The notes under the pieces: model-generated
Told to the model about the DNA's origin: nothing
Databases searched by the model: none
What the model saw: only the letters and a program-made list of their open reading frames with translations
Program-made: the position numbers and the translations under genes
Source of the DNA: Isurus oxyrinchus
Taxonomy: Eukaryota
DNA length: 64,000 nt
Assembly: GCA_026770705.1 (NCBI GenBank)
Contig: JANJGN010000003.1
Location: forward strand, 231,322,001-231,386,000
Direction: 5' to 3'
Part shown: positions 10,541 through 23,294 of the stretch, in pieces
Numbering within the stretch: the stretch's first letter is position 1
Layout: every line of letters starts with the position of its first letter

Positions 10541-12738
10541 AGAACTGAAATTATGGTTTACCAAGGAAGTTAAAAGAGAAGGCCCGGTGGTGAGCGGAGA
10601 ACTCTGAATGAACAGGAAGATTAACAGAGAAGCCAAGAGAGCATCAACAGAGGTGGTCCAAGACTAATGATGGAAAGCCAAAACTGGCAAACAGAAACAG
10701 CAAGATCTAGCTGGACAAAAGGAGGTAACTTGAGAAGAGGAGACAGGTAAGCTGGAAATGGGAAAATAGAATGCTTGACACAAAACTGGGATGGAAAGCC
10801 TGGAAGAGACCCAAAACGCAAGAATCTAAAGACAGAGAGGGAGAATTTCTGTTGTTTGATCCCAATCTCCGTCTTTAACTTTGCAAGAAACAAATGAAAT
10901 GGCTGTTTTAATCTGTTCATGCTGTTTCGCTATAGGTTCCATCAATCTTCCCAGAGCAGGAGCACCATCAGAGAAATTCCAGCTTGTATAAAAAGATTTT
11001 AAAAATATATAATTATATATATATTTATTCATTCACGGGATGTAGGCTTTGCTAGCTGGGTCAGCATTTATTGCTCATCCCTTGTTGCCCTTGAGAAGGT
11101 GGTGGTGAGCTGCCTTCTTGAACTGCTGCAGTCCATGTGGTGTAGGTACACCCACAGCGCTGTTTGGAAGGGGAGTTCCAGGATTTTGAGCCAGCGACAG
11201 TGAAGGAACAACAATATATTTCCAAGTCAGGATGATGAGTTCCTTGAGGGGAAACTCCAGGTGGCAGTATTTCCATCTATCTGCTGCCTTTGTGCTTCTA
11301 GGTGGTAGTGATCTTGGGTTTGGAAGTTTTTGTCGAAGGAGCCTTGATGAATTTCTGCAGTGCATCTTGTAGATGATACACACTGCTGCTACTGTGTGTC
11401 GGTGGTGGAGGGAGTGAATGTTGGTGGATGTGGTACCAAGCAAGCGGGCTGCTTTGTCCTGGATGATGTCCAGCTTCTTCAATGTTGTGGGAGCTGCACT
11501 TATCCAGGCAAGTGGGGAGTATTCCATCACACTCCTGACTTGTACCTTGTAGATGGTAGACAGGCTTTGGGGAGTCAGGAGGTGAGTTACTCGTCGCAGG
11601 ATCCCTAACCAGTGACCTGCTCTTGTAGCCACAGTATTTATACAGCTAGTCCAATTCAGTTTCTGGTTAATGGTAACTCCCAGGATGTTAATAGTGGTGG
11701 ATTCAGTGATAGTAATGCCATTGAACATCAAGGAGCGATAGTTGGATTTTCTCTTGTTGGAGATGGTCATTGCCTGACATTTGTGTTGCGCGTATGTTAC
11801 TTGTCACTTGTCAGCCCAAGCCTGGATATTGTCCAGGTCTTGCCGCATTTGGACATGGACTGCTTCAATATCTGAGGAGTCGCAAATGGTGCTGAATATT
11901 GTGCAATCATCAGCAAACATCCCCACTTCTGACCTTATGATGGAAGGTCATTGATGAAGCAGATGAGGATGATTGGGCCTAGGACACTACCTTGAGGAGC
12001 TCCTGCAGTGATGTCCTGCAGCTGAGATGACGGACCTCCAACAATCACAACTATCTTCCTTTGTGCTGGATATGACTGTAACCAGTACAGCGCCTTCCCC
12101 CTGATTCCCATTGACGCCAGTTTTGCTAGGGCTCCTTGATGCTACACTCAGTCAAATGCTGCCTTGATGTCAAGGGCAGTCACTCACACATCACCTTGGG
12201 AGTTCAGCTCTTTTATCCACGTTTAAACCAAGGCTGTAATAAGATCAGGACCTGAGTGGCCCTGGCAGAACCCAAACTGGGCATCAGTGAGCAGGTTATT
12301 GCTAAGCAACTGCCACTTGATAGCACTGTTGATGACCCCTTCCATTACTCGACTGGTGCTTGAGAGCAGACTGACAGGGCAGTAATTGGCTGGTTTGGAT
12401 TTGTCCTGCTTTTTGCATATAGGACATACCTGGGCAATTTTCCACATAGCCGGGTAGATACCAGTGTTGTAGCTGTACTTGAACAGCTTGGCTAGGGGCA
12501 CGGCAAGTTCTAGAGTACAAATCTTCAGTACTACTGTCGGAATATTGTCAGGCCCCATAGTCTTTGCAGTATCCAGTGCCTTCAGCTGTTTCATGATATC
12601 ACGTGGAGTGAATTGAATTGGCTGAAGACTGGCATCTGTGATGCTGGGGACCTCTGGATGAGGCCGAGATGGATCATCCACTTGACACTTCTGGCTGAAG
12701 ATTGTTGCGAATGCTTCAGCCTTATCTTTTGCACTGAT

Positions 12739-14521
12739 TTCCTCGGACAGAGGCCTAAACAATCCCCGTCCACCACTACTCTCCTCCGTCTGGCTGAACT
12801 TGTTCTCACACTGAACAATTTCTCCTTCAACTCCTCTCACTTCCTCCAAATAAAAGGTGTGGCTATGGGTACCCGCATGGGCCCCAGCTATGCCTGTCTC
12901 TTTATGGGGTATGTGGAACATTCCTTGTTCCAGTCCTACTCTGGCCCCCTTCCACAACTCTTTCTCCGGTACATCGATGATTACTTCGGTGCTGCTTCGT
13001 GCTCTCGTCGGGACTTGGAAAAATTTATTAATTTTGCTTCCAATCTCCACCCCTCCATCATTTTCACGTAGTCCATCTCTGACACTTCCCTTCCCTTCCT
13101 TGACCTCTCTGTCTCAATCTCTGGTGATAGACTGTCCACCAATATCCATTACAAACCCACCGACTCCCACAGCTACCTCGACTACAGCACACCCCGCTTC
13201 CTGTAAGGACTCCATCCCATTCTCTCAGTTCCTTCGCCTCCATCGCATCTGTTCCGATGATGCTACCTTCAAAAACAGTTCCTCTGACATGTCCTCCTTC
13301 TTCCTTAGCCGAGGTTTTCCACCCACGGTCGTTGACAGGGCCCTCAACCGTGTCCGGCCCATCTCCCGCGCATCCGCCCTCACGCCTTCTCCTCCCTCCC
13401 AGAAACATGATAGGGTCCCCCTTGTCCTCACTTATCACCCCACCATCCTCCGCCATTTCCGCCAACTCCAGCATGATGCCACCACCAAACACATCTTCCC
13501 TTCACCCCTCTATCGGCATTCCGTAGGGATCGCTCCCTCCGGGACACCCTGGTCCACTCCTCCATCACCCCCTACTCCTCAACCCCCTCCTATGGCACCA
13601 CCCCATGCCCACGCAAAAGATGTAACACCTGCCCCTTCACTTCCTCTCTCCTCACCGTCCAAGGACCCAAACACTCCTTTCAAGTGAAGCAGCATTTCAC
13701 TTGCATTTCCCCCAACTTAGTCTACTGCATTCGTTGCTCCCAATGTGGTCTCCTCTACATTGGAGAGACCAAACGTAAACTGGGCGACTGCTTTGCAGAA
13801 CACCTGCGGTCTGTCCGCAAGAATGACCCAAACCTCCCTGTCGCTTGCCATTTTAACACTCCACCCTGCTCTCTTGCCCACATGTCTGTCCTTGGCTTGC
13901 TGCATTGTTCCAGTGAAGCCCAACACAAACTGGAGGAACAACACTTCATCTTCCGACTAGGCACTTTACAGCCTTCCGGACTGAATATTGAATTCAACTT
14001 TAGGTCTTGAGCTCCCTCCTCCATCCCCACCCCCTTTTTGTTTCCCCCTTCCTTTTGTTTTTTCCCAATAAATTATATAGATTTTTCTTTTCCTACCTAT
14101 TTCCATTACTTTTAAATATTTTTAAATCTTTTATGCTCTCCTCACCCCCACTAGAGCTATACCTTGAATGCCCTACCATCCATTCCTAATTAGCACATTC
14201 GTTTAGATAATATCACCAACTTTAACACCATTGTGTTCTTTTGTTCTGCTGTAGGTGACATCTTTTGATGATGCTTTTATCACTGCTTGTTTGTCCCTAC
14301 AACCACACCACCCCCCTCCACTTCTCTCTCTCTCTCCGCACCCCGCCCCCCCCCACCCCCCCCACCCCCACACACACCTTAAACCAGCTTATATTTCAAC
14401 TCTTTCTTGGACTCGAACTCAAGTTCTGTCGAAGGGTCATGAGGACTCGAAACGTCAACTCTTTTCTTCTCCGCTGATGCTGCCAGACCTGCTGAGTTTT
14501 TCCAGGTAATTCTGTTTTTGT
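12739..14521 (+). mobile_element. Penelope-like element (Neptune-type), 5'-truncated: RT, GIY-YIG endonuclease and pLTR
   Basis: QIKGVAMGTRMGPSYACLFM and LRYIDD RT motifs. NLVYCIRCSQCGLLYIGETKRKL...EHLRSV GIY-YIG domain. Pyrimidine-rich 3' region ending in a hammerhead-containing pLTR. Confidence 0.93.
14422..14460 (+). ncRNA. Minimal hammerhead ribozyme motif in the Penelope pLTR (variant core)
   Basis: AGTT-CTGTCGA-A-GGGTC-atgag-GACTC-GAAAC-GTC-AACT. Stem I AGTT/AACT, stem II GGGTC/GACTC, very short palindromic stem III. Core is CTGTCGA rather than CTGANGA. Confidence 0.6.
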
Positions 14522-17500
14522 TATGAAGTCAAGTATGTTTTTCCCTCTTGTTGGTTCCCTCACCGCCTGCTGCAGACCCAGTCTAGCAGCTATATCATTT
14601 AGGACTCGGCCAGCTCGGTCAGTAGTAGTACTACCGAGTCGCTCTTGGAGATGGACATTGAAGTCTCCCATCCTGTGTACATTCTGCACTCTTGCCACCT
14701 TGCTGCAAGTGATGTTCAACATGGAAAAGCACTGATTCATCAGCTGAGCTGAGCGGTAATCAGCAGGAGGTTTCCTTGCCCATGTATGACCGATGCCATG
14801 AGACTTCATGGGATCTGGAGTCAATGTTGAGGATTCCCAGGGCAATCCCTTCCTGACTGTATACCACTATGCTGCAATGTCTGCTGGATCTGGGTCTGTC
14901 CTGCCGGTAGTGATGGTGGAGTCTGGGACATTATCCGTAAGGTATGATTCCGTGAGGATGACTATGTCAGACTGTTGCTTGACTAGTCTGTCAGTGAGAC
15001 AGCTCCCCCAATTTTGTCACTAGTCCCCAGATGTTAGTAAGGAGGACTTTGCAGGGCAGGGCTGCAATTGCCATCGTCGTTTCCGGTGCCTCGGTTGATG
15101 CCAGGTGATCCGTGACTCTGTGGCAGTTTGTTGCAACTGAGTGGCTTGCTAGGCCATTTCAGAGGGCACTTAAGAGTCACATGTAGGCCAGACCAGGTAA
15201 GTGAACCAGATGGGTTTTTACAACAATCAACAATGGTTTCATGGTCATCATTAGACTTTTAATTCCAGATTTTTATTGAATTCAAATTCAAATTCCACCA
15301 TCTGCCATGGTGGGATTCAAACTCTGGTCCCCAGCATTACCATGGGTCTCTCGATTACTAGTCCAGCAATAATACCACTACGTTATTGCATCTCCTTAAA
15401 AACTTACCTGCAGTTTATCACTGAAAATTGAGAGACAAAGATATGTTTCCACAATATAACTTGGATAATAGCAAAGGTCATAATTAGAGGCTGTTCTTGT
15501 GCTTTCAAAATGTAACTTATTTGCCTTTTCAAAAAAGTAATGAAAATGCAAATTTAGATGTGATGTGCGTATCAGTCTCTCTGAGCTTAACATGCTTTCT
15601 GAAGTTTATGAAGCACTAGTCTATCTCTTGTGATGTTGCCCATGGTGAATCAAGATCAAATACAGTATTCAGGTCAAGCAGAACTAGATGGTGTGAGAAG
15701 AATTGCACAAAAGTGAAGGAGTAGGGAAAGGAAAGAAAAGCAGACAAAAGCCAATCATCTCAGCCTTAAGATATCAACTAAAAACATAACAAACCAAATC
15801 ACATTGAATTAAAATACTCAAGAAATAGAAGCAACATCATATTTACTGCAGTCTGCAAAACAGAGGCCAATCTTACAAATGTGATGAAGAAGCTATAAAC
15901 CCATTCCTGCCAAATATCCTCTATTTAATAAAGGACTAAAAGTTGCCATGACTTACACATAGAAATTCTGCTCTAGTCACATAAAATTAAAACCCAAAAC
16001 CATCAAGGCATGTGCACCAATAAGACTATAGGGCAGCAATATCTTGAAAAAAGAGTAAACAGGGAAACTACCGCAGGAAAATATTTCAGGTAAACACTCT
16101 AGCACATAACCAAAATCTAATGTGACACAGAGTTGAGTTCAAGAAGTCAGCGTCTGGAGGATCATGGATAAAAATTTCCCAACATGCTGTTGCACAGGAA
16201 GGGGGCTTTTTAACTCAACGAGTGGAGCATTATTGTCCTTTGTAAGTCGTGGCAGCTTTTCGTCCTTTATGAAATAGGGGATATATGACAGGAATGTGTT
16301 GATAACTTGTTTACTGCATTTGTGAGATTAGCTTCTGTTATGCAGGCTGCAGTAAATACAATGTTGCTTCCATTTCTCAGCACAAAGCATTGGTAGTAAA
16401 TACACTTTGTAAACACCTAAAACTCTATACTTCTCAACATTATAACCATCTGATGGTTGAAAGTCTCAAAAGGACGGTGTCCTAATGACTTTCTCCCACT
16501 GCATTTGTCTGCATATGGAATGACAAATGGATGCTAATGAATAAAAATCAAGATATACTGCAAGGTCTTCCATGACATGCTTCACTGGTGGTCTGTAGTC
16601 TGGGCCCTGAAGCACTGCTTGTGGTCTAATCTGAGGTCGTGAACCTACCATTCCCATGCTAAAGCTGCGGCCCACTGTGCCCCTGACACAGACAACAAAG
16701 CTCCCAAGTGAATTTTGGAGTCATATGTAATGATAAATCAGAGAATTGAAACCTTGAAGAAAATTGACAGATGCTGGTCACAGACTGAAGTCACATTCCA
16801 CCTGATGCTAAATCCATGAAATAAGAAACAAGTTGCTCAACAGATTCTCTTAAAGTCGGGATTGACCGCATTCTGGGGTCAGATTAGGACCTAATTCCAG
16901 ATTTATACTCAAACTTTTCCACTGATGCATACTTGAAGCTGTTTTACTTTGAAGCAAAAGTGTCAACGTAAGTGCAGCCTTACACACATCTTAGCAGTAT
17001 GCTTCTCCCTGCTCTGACCTTTACTTGATGTTTGTTCTCCACTTCACTTTGTTTGCCTGTCATTGCTTTTCTGAACAATATTTTTTGAATCTTCAACTTT
17101 CTTATCTAAATTATACATCGTCGGCTTTTATTAACTATAATCTTTCTTTTATTTTCTTTCCTTTTTCAGTCCCTTTTGCATACCTTTTTTGCCCCTGGGC
17201 CTCCCAGCACATCACCAGAAACGCTGATCAGCACTGAAGAAGCAAAACCAACATTGAGGAGCTTTGAGCACCCTGTTATGGTTACAAGAAAGAAGTGAGA
17301 GGAAACTGAAGACTACAAAGGCAGCCAACAGCTTTTTTACATTTGTTTTTTGTGGGACATACTTGGGTTCCCTTTTTGGGGGCACGAGAATGTCTTTTGA
17401 GAATAATGAAAAGTGCTTGGTGTGTGAGTTATTAAAGTTTATGATTAGTTACTTTCTAATGAATGAGACATTGTAGTCAACCAGCACACTCAATGCTATA

Positions 17501-18014
17501 TGGAAATGTTGCCCACTACTTTATGTTCTACTAAGATCACAGACATGAATCAGGCAAAATTAATATACACAGAGAGATTCTAAATATGTACTCATAGATT
17601 CTTCTTAGTTATTAATGTTTCTGTCCTGCTGATAATATAGCAATTCAAACACTTATTTTAAAGCTACTGCAGAAAATTAAAAACACAATATTTCCTCATT
17701 ATTAAAAGCTAGGGAAAGGGATTTGACAGAACAGAAATATTAGTAGTACATTAGGCAATGTTACAAATTTTGGACTTTATCATTCTCTTGACCTTCACAT
17801 TCCCTCAGAATCATTTTTTTAAAATGATGAATGCAGTGATAAGATCACAGACAAATTCAATATGTCACTTCTTCCATTAAGATAACACATGTAGAGCCAC
17901 AATATCCTTAACATTTCCACTGTAATGTATTTGGAAAGAGTCACTTTCACCCCGCCAACATCACTGCAATATAAAAATGGGTTTTGTGCTACCATGGTTG
18001 TTGTTATTCTAATA

Positions 18015-18170
18015 GAAAAGCAAAATAATGCAAATATTGTAAATATGAAATAAAAACTGAAAGTGCTGGAACAGACTCAACCCAGGTCTGGCAGCATCTG
18101 TAGAGAGAGAAACAGAGTTAACATTTCAAGTCAAATATAACGTCTTCAGAACCGAAGGAAGGTAGAAACA
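18015..18170 (-). mobile_element. Penelope pLTR remnant with decayed hammerhead
   Basis: Reverse complement reads ttctgaagacgttatatttgacttgaaatgttaactctg...agatgctgccagacctg, homologous to 14425-14520. Confidence 0.7.
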
Positions 18171-19202
18171 AAGTTTTTGTTAATGTAAGGCACATTTGGT
18201 TTTTCAGTTGTGGCACTGTAGTAAATGATTATCCATAAAACACAATTTACATAGGTCAGTCTGATGATGGATGTCAGCATGGTACATTTTCAATTGGACT
18301 AAGTAAGAAAAAAGTTGCAGATCAAGTTGTAACCTTGGATCATTTCTCTTGGGTGAGGTCCAATCATAATGACAGCAGTCAATTTCTGTATCACTGCCTC
18401 ACCATTTTTCAGCACAATGGGGAATTAATAAGATAAAGTTGCAAAAATTAATTACCATTGAGTGTCTGCTCAAGGCAAGCTATTGCAATTTTGCAGCAGA
18501 CATTGATTTAAGTGATCAGCATACAACTTTTGGTTTGGTGCTCATTTAGAAATGGCAGCACACCAATTTTATTTAAATGAGGCCAGAGATCTAAAATCAA
18601 TTGGACCCCCACTGATGAAAATGGTTAGGCTGTGCGATCGGTTCTCCTACAACCTCTCGCATACACTCAAACTGAAAATCATCCCCATGGTCTTTAACTA
18701 CTTAATTTCTGACAGTTCAAAATCACACTTAAAATGTTCCACGCTAATAGTTATAAGCCATGAAACAAGACTGCCCATTTTACCAACACATCAGCTTAGG
18801 CAACAAAAAGCTAGTTGATATTACCTGCCATTAAATTACCATTACTGAAACCAATCAAACTTCTTTTATCTCCTTCACGTCTTCTGTGATCTCCCGCTCT
18901 GTGCTGCATGGCCCTTCACCTTGCTTTCCCATTTAAAATAAAATATTTGCTATATAACATTTCAAAGAATCTTTTCTTGTGATCTGAAATCCTTAATAAA
19001 ATTTCATGTATATAAAACATTGTCCAAATTAAATAGAAATAATCCAGATGCAGCACAACAGATATCGAACATAATTGTAAAGTATATTCAAAGTATTCAG
19101 AATTATCACAACTGTATGTTGTGTGGAAAAGCTTTTCCGTCAGCACAAAGTGGGACTGACACCATCATTTTGTGTTCAGATTCTGATTATTGTTCCCCTT
19201 AC

Positions 19203-19330
19203 CTTGTCTGGCAACAAAGCAGCAACATCTCCTTGTTATTCCTTAAAACTTCCAATAAGACAAGGAAAGCTTTTGCTCGAATTACTGTCGATGGGCTTTC
19301 CAAGAGACGGACAACTTTCGTAACAAAGTC
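19203..19330 (-). CDS. ULK4: ULK4 internal coding exon (128 bp, phase 0-2): DFVTKVVRLLESPSTVIRAKAFLVLLEVLRNNKEMLLLCCQT(R)
   Basis: ctgcag acceptor and gtaag donor. Matches ULK4 IIRLLDSPSTCIRAKAFLVLL...EMLLLSCQAR. The next exon was not found in 1-19200. Confidence 0.95.
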
Positions 19331-19462
19331 CTGCAGAAAAGGAACATTGCAACTGAGAGAGAGTGCCTCAAGATACAAAAATAGACAATTTACATAAACA
19401 TAACATTGTTTATTCATAACCAATGTGCATTTACAATTGAAATAGTGGACATCAGACAGGTA

Positions 19463-19650
19463 AGGGGGTACAGCAGCACTGCAGTTATGCTGCTGGACTA
19501 GTAATCCATAGACCTGGACTAAAGATCTGGAGACAAGGATTCAAATCCTACCACATCAGTTGGGAATTTAAAATCAGTTAATTAAATAAATCTGGAACGC
19601 AAAACAAAAGAGGATCAGCAATGTCCACACAACTTCCAGAATATGATTTA
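19463..19650 (+). mobile_element. tRNA-derived SINE or LINE 5' head fragment
   Basis: ctggactagtaatcca...ggattcaaatcc (B box)...aataaatctggaa, shared with the 5' heads at 7700-7800 and 15250-15395. Confidence 0.65.
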
Positions 19651-20747
19651 AAATAATTTTTTTTCCAGGAATTTTGGAAGCTTCAACGGTTGACTCATAT
19701 GTCACAATCTATGGTACTTTTTCCTCTTATTCTGGGATATAATTTTAGGACTGTTGTCTCTCTGTGGCACTCTTCTGAATTTACGCTGGGCGTTGGTAGC
19801 TCGTCACTGTTAGTGGCTCTGCTGTGTAATGTGGTAACTCAAAGTGCAAACATATAGGGCCAGGTTTCCTATATTAACACTACTAAAACCAGCAGCCTTA
19901 ATACATTTGTAGACCTAGCTTTTTGTGAGTCTGCAGTGCTGTTGTCTCAATTACACAGGACCACATAGCTCACATAAAAAAATTTGTGCATTTGTACCCA
20001 CCCACACCCCTGCAGAGTAACAGCAAATTCTGTTTCAGGTACTTTAAATTATTATTATAGCCAAATATTGGTGCCAATATGAATGAAATATTCCCTATAC
20101 CTATTTCAGATTTATCATTCACCCTGCTCTCATTATATGACCACCTAAATTTGAGTTTTTGTACTGAAGACGAATAAGCTGGAGCTGCAAGCCACTCTGT
20201 GAATCCAACAAGGCAGTGCAAGAGACAACAGCAAAGACAATTATCAGGAGCACAATGCATGTGCATGAAAACCATCAGAATCAAATGTTGAAATTTCCAG
20301 GGAGTAGCAGTGGCAGATGGGTCAACTTCCTGGCCTAACACATTTGTCAAACAAGCTCATTTTAGTGTGTGCGGTGGCCGATGACTGCCAGCCTGAAGGG
20401 ATCTGCTCTCCCCAGTGTTACCTTTGCCTGTGTAAAAGCGGGCCTCCTACCAGCAACAACCTGTCCGATTTGAGTGTATTGCATCCCACAATATTAACCC
20501 TGAAATAGCAGTTATTCCCAAGTCAAGGGATACAGTTCCAAGCAGCAGCTTTCTCAAAGACCACTCCGAGGAATGCTCCAGCATGCTGCATCACAGAGTA
20601 ATGGAATGTGGACCAGCTTTCACGATTTCCCACATAGGTTCTTAATTTCAGCTGTTCTACAGTGGAGCTGTTGACTGATGTTTTCACATACGCTGCCACT
20701 GCTTGGATTGCTGTCTTTAATCAGCATTTCTTGTGGTCTCTCCCTGA

Positions 20748-22040
20748 ACACCAACAACAACTTATATTTAAAAAGTGATTTCAACATAATGAAACATCCC
20801 AGGGCACTTCACAAGAACATTATAAGACAAATGTCACGGAACAATAATATTTTTCATACTATTACTGTAGGCTTATGGGTGTGAGTGTGGATGATTCTGT
20901 CTGTGTGATTAATTTAATTGAATTAAAGTCAGATAGACTGCAAGGTTGAAATTATCAAAAGAGTAGGTATAAAGCAGACTTTTGAAATGGAGATGGATAA
21001 GTGAGGATGAAGGTTCCACAGATGAGGTGTGAATGAAATTTGCATTTTTGGATAAGTGAAGGGGTTGTTTGATTTTCAAAGGGATAGTAGGGTGTTTACA
21101 ACCAACAAGATAAATAGGGCAAGGTTATTATGTATATTTTTCCCAAAAGGAAAGAGACTATATTGACAACATGAAAGATTTTTATATTACGGAGAAAGTA
21201 AATTTCCGAAGACATGTAGAACAATGGGAATTTTACACATTAAAGAGGAATAAACATATATGAAGAAGGATGGAAGGTTATGTGGGTGGTGGCTGTGTGA
21301 AATATCTAAAGGTACACCATGTGACAGACTTTGGAAGAAACCTCTTGCCACTTTTGCAGAAATCTGCTGTGTTCAGTAACTAAAGTTGTGTTAAAAGCCT
21401 TTGGAATTCCACTGTTGAGTGGGTGCTTGTGATAACCTTGCTGGATTGCTAATTAACATTTAAAATCTATTTTGGACTATAGCCTTAATGGGAATGTATA
21501 GCTGGGAGTGAGGTTAATTAGGAATTTTGAGATTTTTTATAATATAATGTAACTGTAATCTTAGGTCTGTGTTTTAATTCTTTTCTTTCGTTAATAAATA
21601 CTCTAATTTAATTTTTAAAATCACTAAAGGTGTTCGTGGACTCACTACTTCTGAATTCAGTGCACAAATCTTCTCGTAATAAATACAAATTGCAAAATGG
21701 TTGTGATAGCGTGGCCAAGTTTCCCTTGTAGCTTTGCCCTCCTGGCACATATGATCTGCCACATCATAACACAAAGTATGACACCAAGCTATATAAGGAG
21801 TTATTGGGTCAGATGACCAAATGCTTAGATTTTAATGAGTGCCTTAAAGGAGGAAAATGAGGTAGAGAGGCGGAGGGGTGTAGGGAGGGAATTCCAGAGT
21901 GTGGGGCCTAGGCAACTGAAGGTACAGCCACCAATAGTGGAACAATTAAAATTGATGGTGCACAAGAGGCCAGAATTAGAGCAGGGCAGATATCGTGGAG
22001 GATTATGGAACTGGAGGATATTATAGAGATAGCGAGGAGC
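20748..22040 (-). mobile_element. L2 LINE 3' fragment split by a solo LTR
   Basis: ORF 21825-22133 contains GGCTFSCLGPTLWNSLPTPLRLSTSFSSFKALIK (L2 C-terminus). (TTG)n-like tail at about 20750. Confidence 0.75.
20832..21771 (+). mobile_element. Solo LTR (940 bp) with 4-bp TSD CAAA
   Basis: caaa|TGTCAC...ATAACA|caaa with AATAAA signals. Removing it restores a continuous L2 3' UTR. Confidence 0.85.
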
Positions 22041-22226
22041 AAGAGAAAGAACACTGCTGACTCCCAGCTCTGGCAATTTCTTATAGTCGCACAGGTTGTG
22101 ACTGTCGCCCAGAGACAGTTGGCTCAGCATCACCTCAAGTCACAGGTGACAGGGATTTGGGCAATGTGACGATCTTGCAAGCCCCACTGGTCTAAGATCT
22201 GCAATATTTAGGCCATTGCAGCATTT

Positions 22227-22941
22227 GGGTGGAATCTTCCATTCTTGGCTGGTGTCTCGCACGCTGCCTGAAAAGGTGGCAAAACATACTCACGCTGACT
22301 CTTAGGGGGAAGGCAGTTAAGTGGAAAGCAGTGGGCCTTCCTCCTAACTGAGGACCCCAGAATACAACATACTGCCCACCAAGAGCTGCCAGAGGCCAGC
22401 AGCTCTTGCACTTGGCAGCACCACAGAGCAGACTGTGGCTGCTGCTGGATCAACACTCCCCCAGAGTCCCTGGGATTGCGAAACAAGTTAGAAAAAAGTG
22501 CTGTTGGGGGGGTTTTGCAGGGCAGTAGGGGGGAGGAGCGGGCCATGGGGATCAGCAGCAAGAGCAGGGGTTGGCCGCTGACAGCCCACAGCCGTGCCCT
22601 GGATCATGCACAGATCAGCGTAGATCGAGGGGACCTCCCCCCCATACTCCAGCTAACATGCAGCCTGCACAGCTTAACCAGTCGTGCACGTCACATTTTG
22701 GCAGGCCCACCTGGAGCTGATTGCAGTGGAGGCGGGGAGAGTTCCTTAAGTGGTTGTTAATTGACTACTAAAGGGACTCAAGTGGAGGCAGAGTGGGAAG
22801 ATCGACCATGAGCCTTCACACCCAGAATTTACTTCCAGCGGAGGCAGAAAGACATAGGTATTGGTCCCAACACCGACCCACCAAATTTTCAGGCCTTCCC
22901 ACCTCCTTCTTTGCCTCTTGTGGGGGTAGAAGATTCCATCC
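22227..22941. mobile_element. Non-autonomous DNA transposon (Harbinger-type MITE)
   Basis: TIRs gggtggaatcttc / gaagattccatcc, flanked by TTT on both sides (3-bp TSD). Confidence 0.7.
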
Positions 22942-23294
22942 TTTGTCTTTTCTCCCCTTTTGATCTTTATTCCCATTCTACATCTTCTCTATATTTGAAT
23001 ATGTTGAATGCTACTTTTAATGCTGCATACAAAGCATGGACAGTTAAAATACTTCTTGCAAATTGCAGAGCCCTTGAAAGTGAACTGCAAATGTTGACAG
23101 TTCTGAATGGTGGTGATACAGGCCTTGTCAAATGCTGAATAATTTGATTTGGATGCTCCAAGAAGTGGGTTTTGAGGCAGATCTTTTACTCGAGAAATTA
23201 AGTATGCGGTTACAGTATAAAATGTGTTACCTTGGATAAATTAATAACATCACATTTGCCTTTGAATTAAACCACCCACTATGGACTCCCTGCT

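Larger units (their letters stand above)
11023..15395 (-). mobile_element. CR1-group non-LTR retrotransposon (APE-RT, no ORF1 seen), interrupted by a Penelope element
   Basis: RT peptides KTMGPDNIP, NYCPVSLLS, QFGFCQG and VMEYSPLAW...SLHHRHTVAA. APE peptides GDFNVH and EPTRGKNILD. tRNA-like 5' end at 15300-15395. Frameshifted. Confidence 0.9.

Noticed and set aside
12223-13050. 275-aa minus-strand ORF that looks like a novel RT fusion
   Set aside because: Chance read-through from antisense Penelope sequence into the host LINE RT at the insertion junction.
15300-15395. Possible tRNA gene
   Set aside because: A and B boxes are present, but it is the 5' head of a repeated retroelement and does not give a clean cloverleaf by eye.
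15405-15460. Minus-strand CAG|GTAAGT consensus donor
   Set aside because: The upstream sequence does not translate to ULK4-like protein and no supporting exon was found.
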